From NCBI GenBank assembly GCA_038893355.1, contig JAWARQ010000002.1, forward strand, positions 96,001-160,000: a DNA stretch of 64,000 nucleotides, read 5' to 3'. Positions 23,408 through 33,447 of this stretch are shown piece after piece. The stretch's first letter is position 1; each line of letters opens with the position of its first letter. Under the pieces are notes generated by a model. It had not been told where the DNA came from. It made no database searches and was given only the letters and a program-made list of their open reading frames with translations. The translations under genes were made by a program, and so were the position numbers. Origin of the DNA: Sulfolobaceae archaeon (GTDB lineage: Archaea > Thermoproteota > Thermoprotei_A > Sulfolobales > Sulfolobaceae).

Positions 23408-24264
23408 TTACATCTAACTTTAGGTGGATTTGTTTTTAAGACTTTCACTACTTCTTGTAAAGTGGGTGAACTAATGCCACCAAACCTAGTAACTTTAATT
23501 CCAGCTGCAATGTTAGCAAATGCTAAACTACTCTCTATACCCATTCCTTCAAGATATGCATAATTAAAAGCAGCATCAAATACATCTCCTGCACCAGTGG
23601 TATCAACCACATTATCTACTGCATAAGCCTCAGCTTCACATTCTTCCTTATCACTAATAAGCTTTGCACCTTTCCTGCCCATTTTTATTATCATTATTTT
23701 AAAATCTACTTTATCCTTTAATAACTTGTATTCATTCTCGTTAACATAAAGTATATCAACTCTTATATTCTCAACTTCAGAAGCATAGGGACCGGGATCA
23801 TATGATGTTAATTTTGTACCCCTATTATTAACTATTAGAGAAGGATGAACAGAGGAATAATGTACAACATCAAATAAGCCAGAAAGCTTGCTAACTTCTT
23901 CGCTGGTTAATAATAGTAGAGGTCTAATTTTTCTCACAATAGATATTTTTCCCTCATCTCTTAAGAATATTAAGGAAATATTATTACTCTTTTCCTCAAG
24001 AACTTCAATTATATTTTCTAAATTAACTCCCATTTCTGCTATTATACTCATTAAAGCCTTTACTACGGGATTATTCCCTACTTTTGCAAGCAACCTTACT
24101 GGATGTCCAAATTTATTAACTGCAACTGCATAATTCGTAGCAGATCCGCCTGGAAAAATTTCTATTATATCAGAGTACCCTGCCGAATTTTCTGAGGGAA
24201 TTTTTTCAATCTTTGCAATTATATCTATATTAAATCTACCTACAGCTAAATGAAGAGGCTTCAA
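23404..24264 (-). CDS. PfkB-family carbohydrate kinase (ribokinase-like)
   Basis: PGGSATN, NENE, DTTGAGDVF. Confidence 0.92.
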   Translation of the reverse strand: MKPLHLAVGRFNIDIIAKIEKIPSENSAGYSDIIEIFPGGSATNYAVAVNKFGHPVRLLAKVGNNPVVKALMSIIAEMGVNLENIIEVLEEKSNNISLIFLRDEGKISIVRKIRPLLLLTSEEVSKLSGLFDVVHYSSVHPSLIVNNRGTKLTSYDPGPYASEVENIRVDILYVNENEYKLLKDKVDFKIMIIKMGRKGAKLISDKEECEAEAYAVDNVVDTTGAGDVFDAAFNYAYLEGMGIESSLAFANIAAGIKVTRFGGISSPTLQEVVKVLKTNPPKVRCK

Positions 24265-24271
24265 TTTATCA

Positions 24272-24321
24272 CCTCAGACAGCCGCCACTTCATCACAATT
24301 CAGTCCCAAAGGTCATCAGCA
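24272..24321 (-). ncRNA. C/D-box methylation guide sRNA
   Basis: Minus strand: C CTGATGA (24319-24313), CCTTTGGGA, D' CTGA (24303-24300), C' GTGATGA (24296-24290), AGTGGCGGCTGT, D CTGA (24277-24274); GC-rich and intergenic. Confidence 0.85.
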
Positions 24322-24322
24322 T

Positions 24323-24595
24323 TTATTCCTTTGATACATATATTTTTCTTCCATCTTTTAACTCTATTAGTAGACAATTCCTCCCTGGAGTTACGTTATA
24401 ATACGAAACCTTTCCATCTATAGTAGAACCTGCAATAATAACACCTAATTCCCTCAATTTAACAACTAAGTTACATACTTCATCTGGTGGAATTACTTCT
24501 TCTATCTTCTTTACTTGACTCCTCTTTATTACTACTTTCTGCTTTAATTCTGGAATTTCAATAACTATCTCTTCTGTACCTATTTGAACACCCAT
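24323..24595 (-). CDS. Small hypothetical protein
   Basis: 90-aa ORF heading the sRNA-pfkB-dbh run. Confidence 0.7.
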   Translation of the reverse strand: MGVQIGTEEIVIEIPELKQKVVIKRSQVKKIEEVIPPDEVCNLVVKLRELGVIIAGSTIDGKVSYYNVTPGRNCLLIELKDGRKIYVSKE

Positions 24596-24780
24596 ATATG
24601 AGCATATTCGTAGAAAGAAATAATAAACTTAAGGTAGAATTGTACTTAAGATTGTAAACTAGTTATTCTTCTAATAAATTAGTTGAGCTAAAAAGTTTAT
24701 AAATATTTTAAATCAAAAAAATACTCAAATAAAATTTTATATAGCTAAAGCTTATAATCTGATTATTAAGTAAGTTATAT

Positions 24781-26076
24781 ATGCCCACTAGAATACAAAT
24801 TGCAAAAAGCGGAAATATTACAGAAGAAATGAAGATAATTTCCGAATATGAAGGAATTGACGTAAATAAGATAAGAAATTTATTGGCAAGTGGAAAGATT
24901 GTTATTTTAAAAAATGAAAAAAGAACAAATATTAAGAAATTAACTGGAGTAGGGGAAGGTTTATTTACAAAAGTTAATGTGAATATTGGAGCCTCAACAG
25001 TCCATTATAACCCTAAAGAAGAATTGATGAAGATAGAGATCGCAAATAAATTTGGTGCTGATGCAATAATGGATCTAACTGACGGTGGTGATATAGATTA
25101 TATGAGAAGATTAGTTTTAGAGAAGGCAGAAATGGCAGTAGGAACTGTACCAATCTATCAAGTATACTATGAGATGGTAGTAAAGAAAAAATATGCTATT
25201 GAATTTAATGAAGATGAGATATTCAGTACTATAGAAAGACACCTTAAAGATGGAGTAGACTTCATTACTGTTCACACTGGGATAACTCTAGAATTAGTTA
25301 AAAAATATATAAAGGTAGGGCGAACAGCAGGAATAGTTAGCAGAGGAGGTACAATAATAGCAGCATGGATGCTTATGCAAGATAAGGAAAATCCACTATA
25401 TTCTAATTTCGATTACTTATTAGAGATTGCACGCGAATATGATGCTACATTAAGTTTAGGAGATGCATTAAGGCCAGGAGGAATAGATGACTCGCATGAT
25501 GAATTCCATGTGGCTGAACTTATTAACAATGCTAGATTATCCAAAATTGCAATAGAAAAAGGTGTTCAAGTTATGATAGAGGGTCCAGGGCATGTACCTT
25601 TAGACGAAATAGAAATGGATGTGAAATTAGAAAAGAAGTTAACAAATGGTGTTCCATATTATGTTTTGGGAATGTTACCTACTGACATAGCAGCTGGTTA
25701 TGATCACATAGCAGGGGCTATTGGTGGAGCAATAGCAGCTATGGCAGGAGCTGATATGTTATGTTATTTAACACCTGCCGAACATCTCTCATTACCTAAT
25801 CCAGAGCAAGTGAAAGAGGGTTTAATAGCATTTAAGATAGCAGCACATGTAGGAGATATTGTAAAATTAGGAGATAGGGCTAGGAAGAAAGATACTATGA
25901 TGAGTAAAGCTAGAGCATCTTTAGACTGGAGAACAATGTTCAACTTAAGTTTTGATCCAGAAAGAGCTAAAGAAATATATAAACAGTATAAAAGCATCGA
26001 GGCAGGTTCTTGTAGTATGTGCGGAGATTTATGTGTATATTTGGTATTACCTAGAGCTATGAAGAATAAACGTTAA
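24781..26076 (+). CDS. thiC: ThiC-family radical enzyme (phosphomethylpyrimidine synthase; BzaF-type paralogue not excluded)
   Basis: [43 protein letters not shown]-terminal CSMCGDLC. Confidence 0.88.
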   Translation: MPTRIQIAKSGNITEEMKIISEYEGIDVNKIRNLLASGKIVILKNEKRTNIKKLTGVGEGLFTKVNVNIGASTVHYNPKEELMKIEIANKFGADAIMDLTDGGDIDYMRRLVLEKAEMAVGTVPIYQVYYEMVVKKKYAIEFNEDEIFSTIERHLKDGVDFITVHTGITLELVKKYIKVGRTAGIVSRGGTIIAAWMLMQDKENPLYSNFDYLLEIAREYDATLSLGDALRPGGIDDSHDEFHVAELINNARLSKIAIEKGVQVMIEGPGHVPLDEIEMDVKLEKKLTNGVPYYVLGMLPTDIAAGYDHIAGAIGGAIAAMAGADMLCYLTPAEHLSLPNPEQVKEGLIAFKIAAHVGDIVKLGDRARKKDTMMSKARASLDWRTMFNLSFDPERAKEIYKQYKSIEAGSCSMCGDLCVYLVLPRAMKNKR

Positions 26077-26122
26077 ATGGAACAAGCCAATACTTTAAAA
26101 AATCTAAAAATATAGTTCCCTT

Positions 26123-26806
26123 ATGGATCTTTTTACCGCAATTAGATTAAGAAGAGACATAAGATCGTACTATAAACCAGATCCTATTCCAGATGAGGTA
26201 TTAGCTAAAATATTATCTGCAGCACATATGGCACCGTCTGTTGGATATTCTCAGCCGTGGGATTTTATTATTATTAAGGATAAAGAAATTAAAAGAAAAA
26301 TAAAGGAAATAGTAGAAGAAGAAAGGAAAAAATTTAGAGAATTATTAGATAGTAATAGAAGAGATTTATTTGATAAATTAAAAATAGAAGCAATTATTGA
26401 GACACCAGTTAACATTGCGGTAACATATGATAGCGAAAGATTTGGACCCTATGTATTAGGTAGAGAAAGTATGCCAGAAACTGGACTATATAGTGTAATA
26501 TTAGCAATTAGTAATTTATGGCTAGCAGCTACCGCTGAAGGCATTGGAATCGGATGGGTTTCATTCCTAAATAAAGAAAAAGTCAAAGAAATATTACAAA
26601 TTCCTAAAAACATTGAATTAGTAGCTTATTTAACTTTAGGATATGTTACTAAATTTCCTAAAATTCCAGAGTTAGAGGAAAAAGGATGGAATAAAAGAAT
26701 TAGATTATCTAGTGTCGTATTTGAGAACCGTTACGGGAATAGACCTAATCAGAACTTTCTCGAATTATTAGATAAAACATTTAATGAGTTATTTTGGAAG
26801 CTTTAA
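26123..26806 (+). CDS. bluB: 5,6-dimethylbenzimidazole synthase (nitroreductase fold)
   Basis: RRDIR, APSVG.SQPW, LK.E.I, LGR..MPE..YS, NLWLAA.AEG.G.GWVS. Confidence 0.88.
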   Translation: MDLFTAIRLRRDIRSYYKPDPIPDEVLAKILSAAHMAPSVGYSQPWDFIIIKDKEIKRKIKEIVEEERKKFRELLDSNRRDLFDKLKIEAIIETPVNIAVTYDSERFGPYVLGRESMPETGLYSVILAISNLWLAATAEGIGIGWVSFLNKEKVKEILQIPKNIELVAYLTLGYVTKFPKIPELEEKGWNKRIRLSSVVFENRYGNRPNQNFLELLDKTFNELFWKL

Positions 26807-27386
26807 TACATAAATACGAACCATCAGAACTTTCCCTAGGTTCTTCAATTCTTTCCTCTTCAAAAGGAGAATAGAATAATGTTGAAATTATCTTTTCTAC
26901 TTTAAAATAATTGGATAATAATTTGAAGAGTTCATCTTTAGATATGAACCTTGCTCTAGAATAATATTTATGACCCTTCTTTCCTAACTCTTCATAAAAT
27001 TTACCCCACTGGGAGTCCCTTGGAATTATACAAATCCCTATATATTGTTTAGTTATCCTATATAATTCAATTATAAATTTTTCCAAATTTTCTAAGAAAC
27101 ATAATGTTACGGATATAAAGGCACATTTAATTCCATTATCTCTAAAGGGCATATAATGCGCGTCTGCCTGTACTCGCTCACCTTTAGCCTCCTTTAATAC
27201 AAATTCGGAAATGTCTAATAAAATAGAATCTTCTCCTAGTACATCTTTAAATATGCCAGGGCCAGAGCCTATATCTAAACAGTTAACTAAACCAAGAGCT
27301 TTAATTGCCTTCTTTTCACTTTCATAAATTTTATAATGAATTTCATACCATTTTCTGTAACTTGCTGGATCATTAAATAATTCCAT
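26781..27386 (-). CDS. Class I SAM-dependent methyltransferase
   Basis: [25 protein letters not shown]. Confidence 0.85.
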   Translation of the reverse strand: MELFNDPASYRKWYEIHYKIYESEKKAIKALGLVNCLDIGSGPGIFKDVLGEDSILLDISEFVLKEAKGERVQADAHYMPFRDNGIKCAFISVTLCFLENLEKFIIELYRITKQYIGICIIPRDSQWGKFYEELGKKGHKYYSRARFISKDELFKLLSNYFKVEKIISTLFYSPFEEERIEEPRESSDGSYLCIKASKITH

Positions 27387-27727
27387 AAAAATTTATATAT
27401 ACAGAACTCTTTAAAATTTCAGACTCTATATCTTCTATAGAAAATTAAATTTATGAATCAGTTCTTATATTCTTTATTTAGTGAAAAAATTCATAAATAT
27501 TTATTCTTTCTAATTCTAAAATTTATTCTATATAAAATACTTCTACTTCTTAATTTTATTTTAAAATTTTAAGATAATTTAAAAATTTTAAAATAAATAT
27601 AATATTTAAATTTTATAATATAAAGAAAAAATTGAATATAAATTTTTAATGATATAGGTATATTTATTATCTATAGGTTAACATAATTAATCTAAATAAA
27701 AGTATGTGGATATAGGGGAAGGAATAT

Positions 27728-28342
27728 ATGATAGCAAAGTATTTGGATGAGGAGATTAAAAGAAGAGAAGATTATAGTTTAAGAAGGTTAAAGGGTATAC
27801 CAAATGATAGAAGGCTGTGGATATTAACATGTATGGATGAGAGAGTGCATATAGAGGAAGTATTAGGAATTAAACCAGAAGATGCACATATTTATAGAAA
27901 TGCTGGAGGCATAGTAACAGATGATGCTATTAGATCAGCAGCATTAACTACGAACTTCTTTGGAACTAAGGAAATAATAGTTATTACTCATACAGACTGT
28001 GGGATGTTAAGGTTTACTGGAGATGAAGTAGCAAAATACTTCTTAGATAAGGGTGTTAAATTAAGTGAGTTACAAATAGATCCTTTATTACCCTCTTTAA
28101 AGATTCAAAGTGAAGGGGAGTTTATTAAATGGTTTAAATTCTTTAAGGATTTAGGTGCTAATACTCCAGATGAGATTGCATTAAAAAATGTTGAAATACT
28201 TAAAAATCACCCACTAATACCAAAAGATGTTACTATTAGCGCATATGTATATGAGGTAGAAACTCATAAATTAAGGAAACCTGGACAAAGAATATATGAA
28301 TTAACATCTAAATATGAACATGGAACAATAGTTAAGGAGTAA
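27728..28342 (+). CDS. Carbon disulfide hydrolase (beta-carbonic anhydrase fold)
   Basis: CMDER and HTDC Zn ligands, NFFG double-Phe motif; 204 aa with termini (EDY.LRR.KGIPN...EHGTIVKE) matching the Acidianus CS2 hydrolase as recalled. Confidence 0.9.
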   Translation: MIAKYLDEEIKRREDYSLRRLKGIPNDRRLWILTCMDERVHIEEVLGIKPEDAHIYRNAGGIVTDDAIRSAALTTNFFGTKEIIVITHTDCGMLRFTGDEVAKYFLDKGVKLSELQIDPLLPSLKIQSEGEFIKWFKFFKDLGANTPDEIALKNVEILKNHPLIPKDVTISAYVYEVETHKLRKPGQRIYELTSKYEHGTIVKE

Positions 28343-29101
28343 TTAAATATTTAGATCTTCATAGAAAACTTCAGAACTTCCACAATTACATGCTGGACCA
28401 TTTACTATAGCTCGACATAAGGCACATCTCACTACAATTTTTTCTTCCTCATTCATTATCCTTATTGAATTTTTAATTAATTCATTCCATTCTCTTTCAA
28501 AACTTTTTAAATTATATTTAGTAAAAATTTCCTCTGGGATCATCTGGCCTAATATTGTTACAGCATATAATCCAGCAGTAAAAGCTAAACTCTCCCAATT
28601 TTTAGCCCTAGATATCGAGAGTTCTCTTATCTTTTCAACACAATTTACCCATAAGATCTTAGAGAATAATAAGGGAAGAGAATATACTTTAATATGCTTA
28701 GCGTCTTCGATTAAATTATATTTAATTAATTTTAATAATGAAAAACTCTCCTCGGGTATCTTTGCATAAGATTTTAAGGAAACGATTAACATTAATATTC
28801 CTAGAGTTTTTAAGATAATTCTCACATCGTCATGAAGATTTATGATATTTAAAATAGCTTCAGCATTCTTTTTCTTTAATACTCGTTTTATATATTTTTC
28901 ATTATCTATTATAGTTCCTTGATAATAGTACCATTTATACAAATCTTTTACTCTTAAATAATAATTTTCTAGATTTTTATTAATAATTTTATTTTCTAAT
29001 ATTTCTTTAATTAATTTACTAGGTTTAATATTTAAAAATTTTGCTAGTTCTTCTAGATCTTCATAGGTCTTAGGATTAATCCAAATAGATAAAGTTGGCA
29101 T
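28343..29101 (-). CDS. Hypothetical protein with N-terminal ribbon-helix-helix-like segment and C-terminal Cys cluster
   Basis: Likely start ATG 29101 (MPTLSIWINPKTYEDLEELAK...PSKLIKEIL); C-terminal CALC-x8-CNC. Confidence 0.7.
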   Translation of the reverse strand: MPTLSIWINPKTYEDLEELAKFLNIKPSKLIKEILENKIINKNLENYYLRVKDLYKWYYYQGTIIDNEKYIKRVLKKKNAEAILNIINLHDDVRIILKTLGILMLIVSLKSYAKIPEESFSLLKLIKYNLIEDAKHIKVYSLPLLFSKILWVNCVEKIRELSISRAKNWESLAFTAGLYAVTILGQMIPEEIFTKYNLKSFEREWNELIKNSIRIMNEEEKIVVRCALCRAIVNGPACNCGSSEVFYEDLNI

Positions 29102-29234
29102 ATATTTATAAATACCACTTCTTAATTTTAAATTTTTCTTTAAATGCAAAAAATTACCAAAACTAAATCTTTTTATTTTAGGTATTTAAGGATCAATACC
29201 TCTAACTTAAAAATCTTTGATTCTATAAACTGTT

Positions 29235-30767
29235 ATGCTTTTAGAAAAGGCTAAAATAGAAATAAAGGATCATAGATTTAAGGATATATTTGAGGAAAAG
29301 GATGGGATTTATAACTTTAAAACTTATATTGCTGGAAAATGGGTAGATTCTGAAGATAAAGTATTAGTTAAAAGTCCAATAGATGGTAGTATTATAGCAT
29401 CAGTACCTAAATTAGATAAAAAGATAATAGATAACGCATTAGACATAATTTCTTCAAAAGGTAAGTGGAGTATTAGGGATTTACCAGGAGAGAAGAGGCT
29501 AAGAGTTTTTCATAGAGTTGCAGATATATTAGAGGAACTAAAGGAAGAATTTGCAGACGTTTTAGTAGTTGGAAATGGTAAGACTAAAAGTGCAGCTATA
29601 GGAGAAATAAATGCATCAATAGAGAGACTAAGGAGATCGGATTTAGATGTTAGAAAATTGTATGGTGAGTATATTCCAGGCGACTGGAGTACTGAGAGTC
29701 TAGAAAGTGAGGCAATAGTTAGAAGGGAACCACTAGGCGTTGTTCTAGCTATAACGCCCTTTAATTACCCATTATTCGATGCTATAAATAAATTAGTTTA
29801 TTCTTCTGTTGCAGGGAATGCTATAGTTTTAAAGCCTTCTACACTAACTCCATTACCAGCCATACTATTAGCTAGAATTTTAGAAATTAGTGGATTTCCG
29901 AAAGAATCGTTAGCAGTATTTACAGTCCCAGGAAGTGAAATGAAGGAAATCGTTAAAGATAGTAGAATAAATGTGATTTCATTTACTGGAAGTTCAGAAA
30001 CAGGTAAAGAGGTAATTAAATCAGGTGGAATTAAATCATATATTATGGAACTTGGTGGGGGAGACCCAGTGATAGTATTAGATGATGCAGAACCTCAGTT
30101 TACGGCTTCTAAAATAGTGACTGGAATAACTGCCTATGCAGGGCAAAGATGCGATGCAATAAAGCTAATCTTATCAGAGCCAAAGATTTATGATGATTTA
30201 AAAAGTAATTTAATAAATGAAATTAAAAAAATCAAGGTTGGTGACCCAAGATCACCAGAAACTAATATGGGCCCACTTATAGAAGAAAAAACTGCTGAGG
30301 AATTTGAGTTGGCGATTAAAGATGCTATTTCAATGGGTGGAAAAGTATTATATGGTGGGAAAAGAATATATGGCAATTATGTTGAGCCGACAATAATAGA
30401 GATTAGTAAGGAGAAAGTCAAGAATACGTATCTCTATCATAAGGAGGTATTTGCACCAATAGCATTATTGGTAGAAGTAGAAAATTTTGAAGAAGCGATA
30501 AAATTATCTAATGATAGAAGGTATGGTCTAGATGCTGCTATATTTGGAAATAATATGTACAAGATAAGGAAGATAATAAGGTATTTGGATGTAGGTGCAA
30601 TTTACATTAATGAATATCCAAGACATGGTATAGGTTACTTTCCATTTGGTGGTCGTAAGGATTCTGGAATTGGAAAGGAGGGTATAGGATATCCTATAGA
30701 GTACGTTACTGGATATAAGACTATAGTATATAACTATAAGGGTAAGGGTATTTGGGAATATTTATAA
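29235..30767 (+). CDS. gapN: Non-phosphorylating glyceraldehyde-3-phosphate dehydrogenase
   Basis: ALDH motifs PFNYPL, FTGS, ELGG, GQRCDA; GAPN-type YIPGDW, PRHGIGYFPFGGRKDSG and YKGKGIW tail. Confidence 0.9.
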   Translation: MLLEKAKIEIKDHRFKDIFEEKDGIYNFKTYIAGKWVDSEDKVLVKSPIDGSIIASVPKLDKKIIDNALDIISSKGKWSIRDLPGEKRLRVFHRVADILEELKEEFADVLVVGNGKTKSAAIGEINASIERLRRSDLDVRKLYGEYIPGDWSTESLESEAIVRREPLGVVLAITPFNYPLFDAINKLVYSSVAGNAIVLKPSTLTPLPAILLARILEISGFPKESLAVFTVPGSEMKEIVKDSRINVISFTGSSETGKEVIKSGGIKSYIMELGGGDPVIVLDDAEPQFTASKIVTGITAYAGQRCDAIKLILSEPKIYDDLKSNLINEIKKIKVGDPRSPETNMGPLIEEKTAEEFELAIKDAISMGGKVLYGGKRIYGNYVEPTIIEISKEKVKNTYLYHKEVFAPIALLVEVENFEEAIKLSNDRRYGLDAAIFGNNMYKIRKIIRYLDVGAIYINEYPRHGIGYFPFGGRKDSGIGKEGIGYPIEYVTGYKTIVYNYKGKGIWEYL

Positions 30768-30772
30768 ACATG

Positions 30773-31807
30773 CTAACCTGCTGACTTTTCAGTTATTTTA
30801 GGTTTAACTAAAATTCTTGATTTCTCTTGAAAGATTCCTTTTGGTCTAAGAATTAATATTACAACTAAAATAGTACCAAATAATGCATATTGTAACCAAA
30901 TAGGATCAAAGTGTAAGAAGGCTCCTATCTCATCCTTATAAATGTCTATTAAGTGATAGAGTGTTGAGTAAAATAACGTGCCTACTATAGCACCTATTGA
31001 TGTTCCTGCACCACCTAATACTAACATTAAATAAGGAATAAAGGACCATGTTAAATTATCAAACGAGCCTGCATAAACTGATCCAACATAAAATGCATAA
31101 AGAGCTCCTGCTATACCTGCAAAAAATCCGCCTAATGCCATAGCCTTACCTCTTATTACTCCTATATCTCTCCCTAAAGACTCGATTAAGTCCTCATTCT
31201 CCCTAACTGCTCTTAATACTCTACCCATTGGTGAATTTGAAATAAGGTTAAATATTAATAACATAAGTAGTGCAAAAGCTAGTAGCACTATCGCTAATCT
31301 GTAATAGAGGACTGAGCCTTGACCTAATAATGCTACAAACACAGCAGGAACCTGGACACCTACTGTTCCACCAACTAATGGAGGATAGTTAATTCCTATT
31401 ACAACTAGCGAAGTTCCTACTACTAAGAGTAAAATACCTAAATAGTCCTCTCTTAATCTCAGGGCTGGATAAGAAGAAATATAACCTAAAGCAGCTCCTA
31501 TAAGCCCCGCTATAGCTAGTGTTAATAGTAATAACAAGAACGCTATAAGAGGTTCGTTTACTAATCTAAGGTTTATTTCACCAACAATCGTTGGATTAAA
31601 TACAATATAATCCCCCTTTATACCATATACCGCAGCCATTATTCTGCCGGGTACTGAGCCCGCAACAAATGCACCACCAGCATAAGCTAATACTCGACCA
31701 AAATTAGGTACGCCAGTTAAACCTATTTCTATATTTAATGATATTGCTATCATTAAATATATTGAGAAGTCAAGTGTTATTGCTAATAATAGTGATAATA
31801 TATCCAT
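30773..31807 (-). CDS. livM: Branched-chain amino acid ABC transporter permease
   Basis: SLN...G.TG..NFG, LRLREDYL, SPMGR.LRAVRENE, LRPKG. Confidence 0.9.
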   Translation of the reverse strand: MDILSLLLAITLDFSIYLMIAISLNIEIGLTGVPNFGRVLAYAGGAFVAGSVPGRIMAAVYGIKGDYIVFNPTIVGEINLRLVNEPLIAFLLLLLTLAIAGLIGAALGYISSYPALRLREDYLGILLLVVGTSLVVIGINYPPLVGGTVGVQVPAVFVALLGQGSVLYYRLAIVLLAFALLMLLIFNLISNSPMGRVLRAVRENEDLIESLGRDIGVIRGKAMALGGFFAGIAGALYAFYVGSVYAGSFDNLTWSFIPYLMLVLGGAGTSIGAIVGTLFYSTLYHLIDIYKDEIGAFLHFDPIWLQYALFGTILVVILILRPKGIFQEKSRILVKPKITEKSAG

Positions 31808-32724
31808 TATCTCACCCTAGAACCCATAATACCTTTAGGTAAAAATAATAGAACTACTGCAACAACTATAAGGGGAACAAGGGTAGAATATTGATTAATT
31901 ACGTACGGGTTAACTCCTATTATAGGGGAAAGGTATATAGAAAGTTGCGTCATTACATACTTTTCTAAGAAACCTTCTATTACTCCCCCTATAAATCCAC
32001 CAAATAAACTATTTAAACCTCCTAAAACACTCGCTGCAAAAATGCTTAACAATAAACTATAAGCAAGATAAGGAGAGAAAACAAGCTGTAAGGGATAAAG
32101 TGAACCTGCAAGACATGTAATACCTCCAGATAAAAACCACGATAGTGCATAAACAATTTTCGTATTTACACCTAAACCTTCAGCTAAAGAAGAATTTTCT
32201 ACCGTGGCCCTTATAGATATTCCGATTTTTGTTTTATTTAAGAATAAATATAATGATGATACAATTAATACTGCCAATATAATTGATACAATTAATACTG
32301 CCCTAACTTCGCCTATGTTATAATCTAAGTAACTTATCGTAACGTCTCTTGACTGAACGTTGAAAGTATAAGTTAAATAACTTGCATATGCATTTAAGAT
32401 CCCGTACATTGCTATAGAAAATGCTAAAGTCGCAACCATTTGAGACACTAAATCGCCTCCTCTTTTGGAAAGTGGAAATAATACTGCAAAATATTCAAGC
32501 AAACCTAATGCACCTCCTAATAAGAATGCTAAAGGTAATGAATAGTATGGATTTAAACCTAATGCTGCACCGAATGTGAAAGTTAGATAAGATCCAAATA
32601 TTAAAAATATACCGTGTGCAAAATTAGGAACTTTAGTCGTTATATAGGTTAATGTAAGCCCTAAGCTTGATAGTCCAATAATACTACTATATATTACTGT
32701 ATTAATAATTAAAGGGTCTATCAA
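31807..32724 (-). CDS. livH: Branched-chain amino acid ABC transporter permease
   Basis: GLTL.Y...VPNFAHG, TKIG..IRA, VLGG. Confidence 0.9.
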   Translation of the reverse strand: MIDPLIINTVIYSSIIGLSSLGLTLTYITTKVPNFAHGIFLIFGSYLTFTFGAALGLNPYYSLPLAFLLGGALGLLEYFAVLFPLSKRGGDLVSQMVATLAFSIAMYGILNAYASYLTYTFNVQSRDVTISYLDYNIGEVRAVLIVSIILAVLIVSSLYLFLNKTKIGISIRATVENSSLAEGLGVNTKIVYALSWFLSGGITCLAGSLYPLQLVFSPYLAYSLLLSIFAASVLGGLNSLFGGFIGGVIEGFLEKYVMTQLSIYLSPIIGVNPYVINQYSTLVPLIVVAVVLLFLPKGIMGSRVR

Positions 32725-33443
32725 CTACTAACACCACCACTTAAACCCAAGAAAAGTTTACCTAGCTCAGGATGATTTAAAAGAGTATGAGAAGGACCTT
32801 CAAAATATACTTTCCCACTTACAAATAAATAAGCCTTATCAGCAATTTCTAAAGCCTTTCTAGCGTTTTGTTCAACTAATACCACACCTACACCTAATGA
32901 ATCCCTCATTTCAACTATCTTCTTAAAAACTTCACTTGCTACCTTAGGTGCCAATTGTGCTGTAGGCTCGTCTAATAATACAAATTTTGGTTTCCTTATT
33001 AGAGCTAAGGAAAAAGCAACCATCTGCCTTTGCCCACCACTTAACTGATATACTCTCTTCTTAAAAATATCTTTAAGTTGTGGAAATATTGAGAAAATGG
33101 ATTCTAATCTATCCTTAAATTCACTCTCATCCAAATCAAATGACGCTAACTTAAGATTCTCTTCTACTGTTAATGATTTAAACACATTATCTATCTGTGC
33201 AACATAAGCTAAGCCTTCTCTCGATCTACGATGAGGTGGCCATTTTGTTATATCATTACCCATAAGGAATATCTTTCCAGAGAGTATATTAGTAAGACCA
33301 ATTAGTGTTTTAAGGAATGTGGATTTACCACTACCATTAGGGCCAACTATTGCTACAATTTGTCTCTTATCTGCAGAAAAATTTATATCAAATATTATAT
33401 GTAATTTTCCATAACCCGCATTAACTTCCTTAGCTTCAAGCAT
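32721..33443 (-). CDS. livF: Branched-chain amino acid ABC transporter ATP-binding subunit
   Basis: GPNGSGKS, LTVEENL, LSGGQRQM, LVEQN. Confidence 0.92.
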   Translation of the reverse strand: MLEAKEVNAGYGKLHIIFDINFSADKRQIVAIVGPNGSGKSTFLKTLIGLTNILSGKIFLMGNDITKWPPHRRSREGLAYVAQIDNVFKSLTVEENLKLASFDLDESEFKDRLESIFSIFPQLKDIFKKRVYQLSGGQRQMVAFSLALIRKPKFVLLDEPTAQLAPKVASEVFKKIVEMRDSLGVGVVLVEQNARKALEIADKAYLFVSGKVYFEGPSHTLLNHPELGKLFLGLSGGVSS

Positions 33444-33447
33444 ACTC

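Noticed and set aside
27390-27720. Very AT-rich spacer with imperfect inverted repeats as a possible replication origin
   Set aside because: No ORB-like G-string boxes and no cdc6/whiP nearby; such palindromes are expected at this AT content
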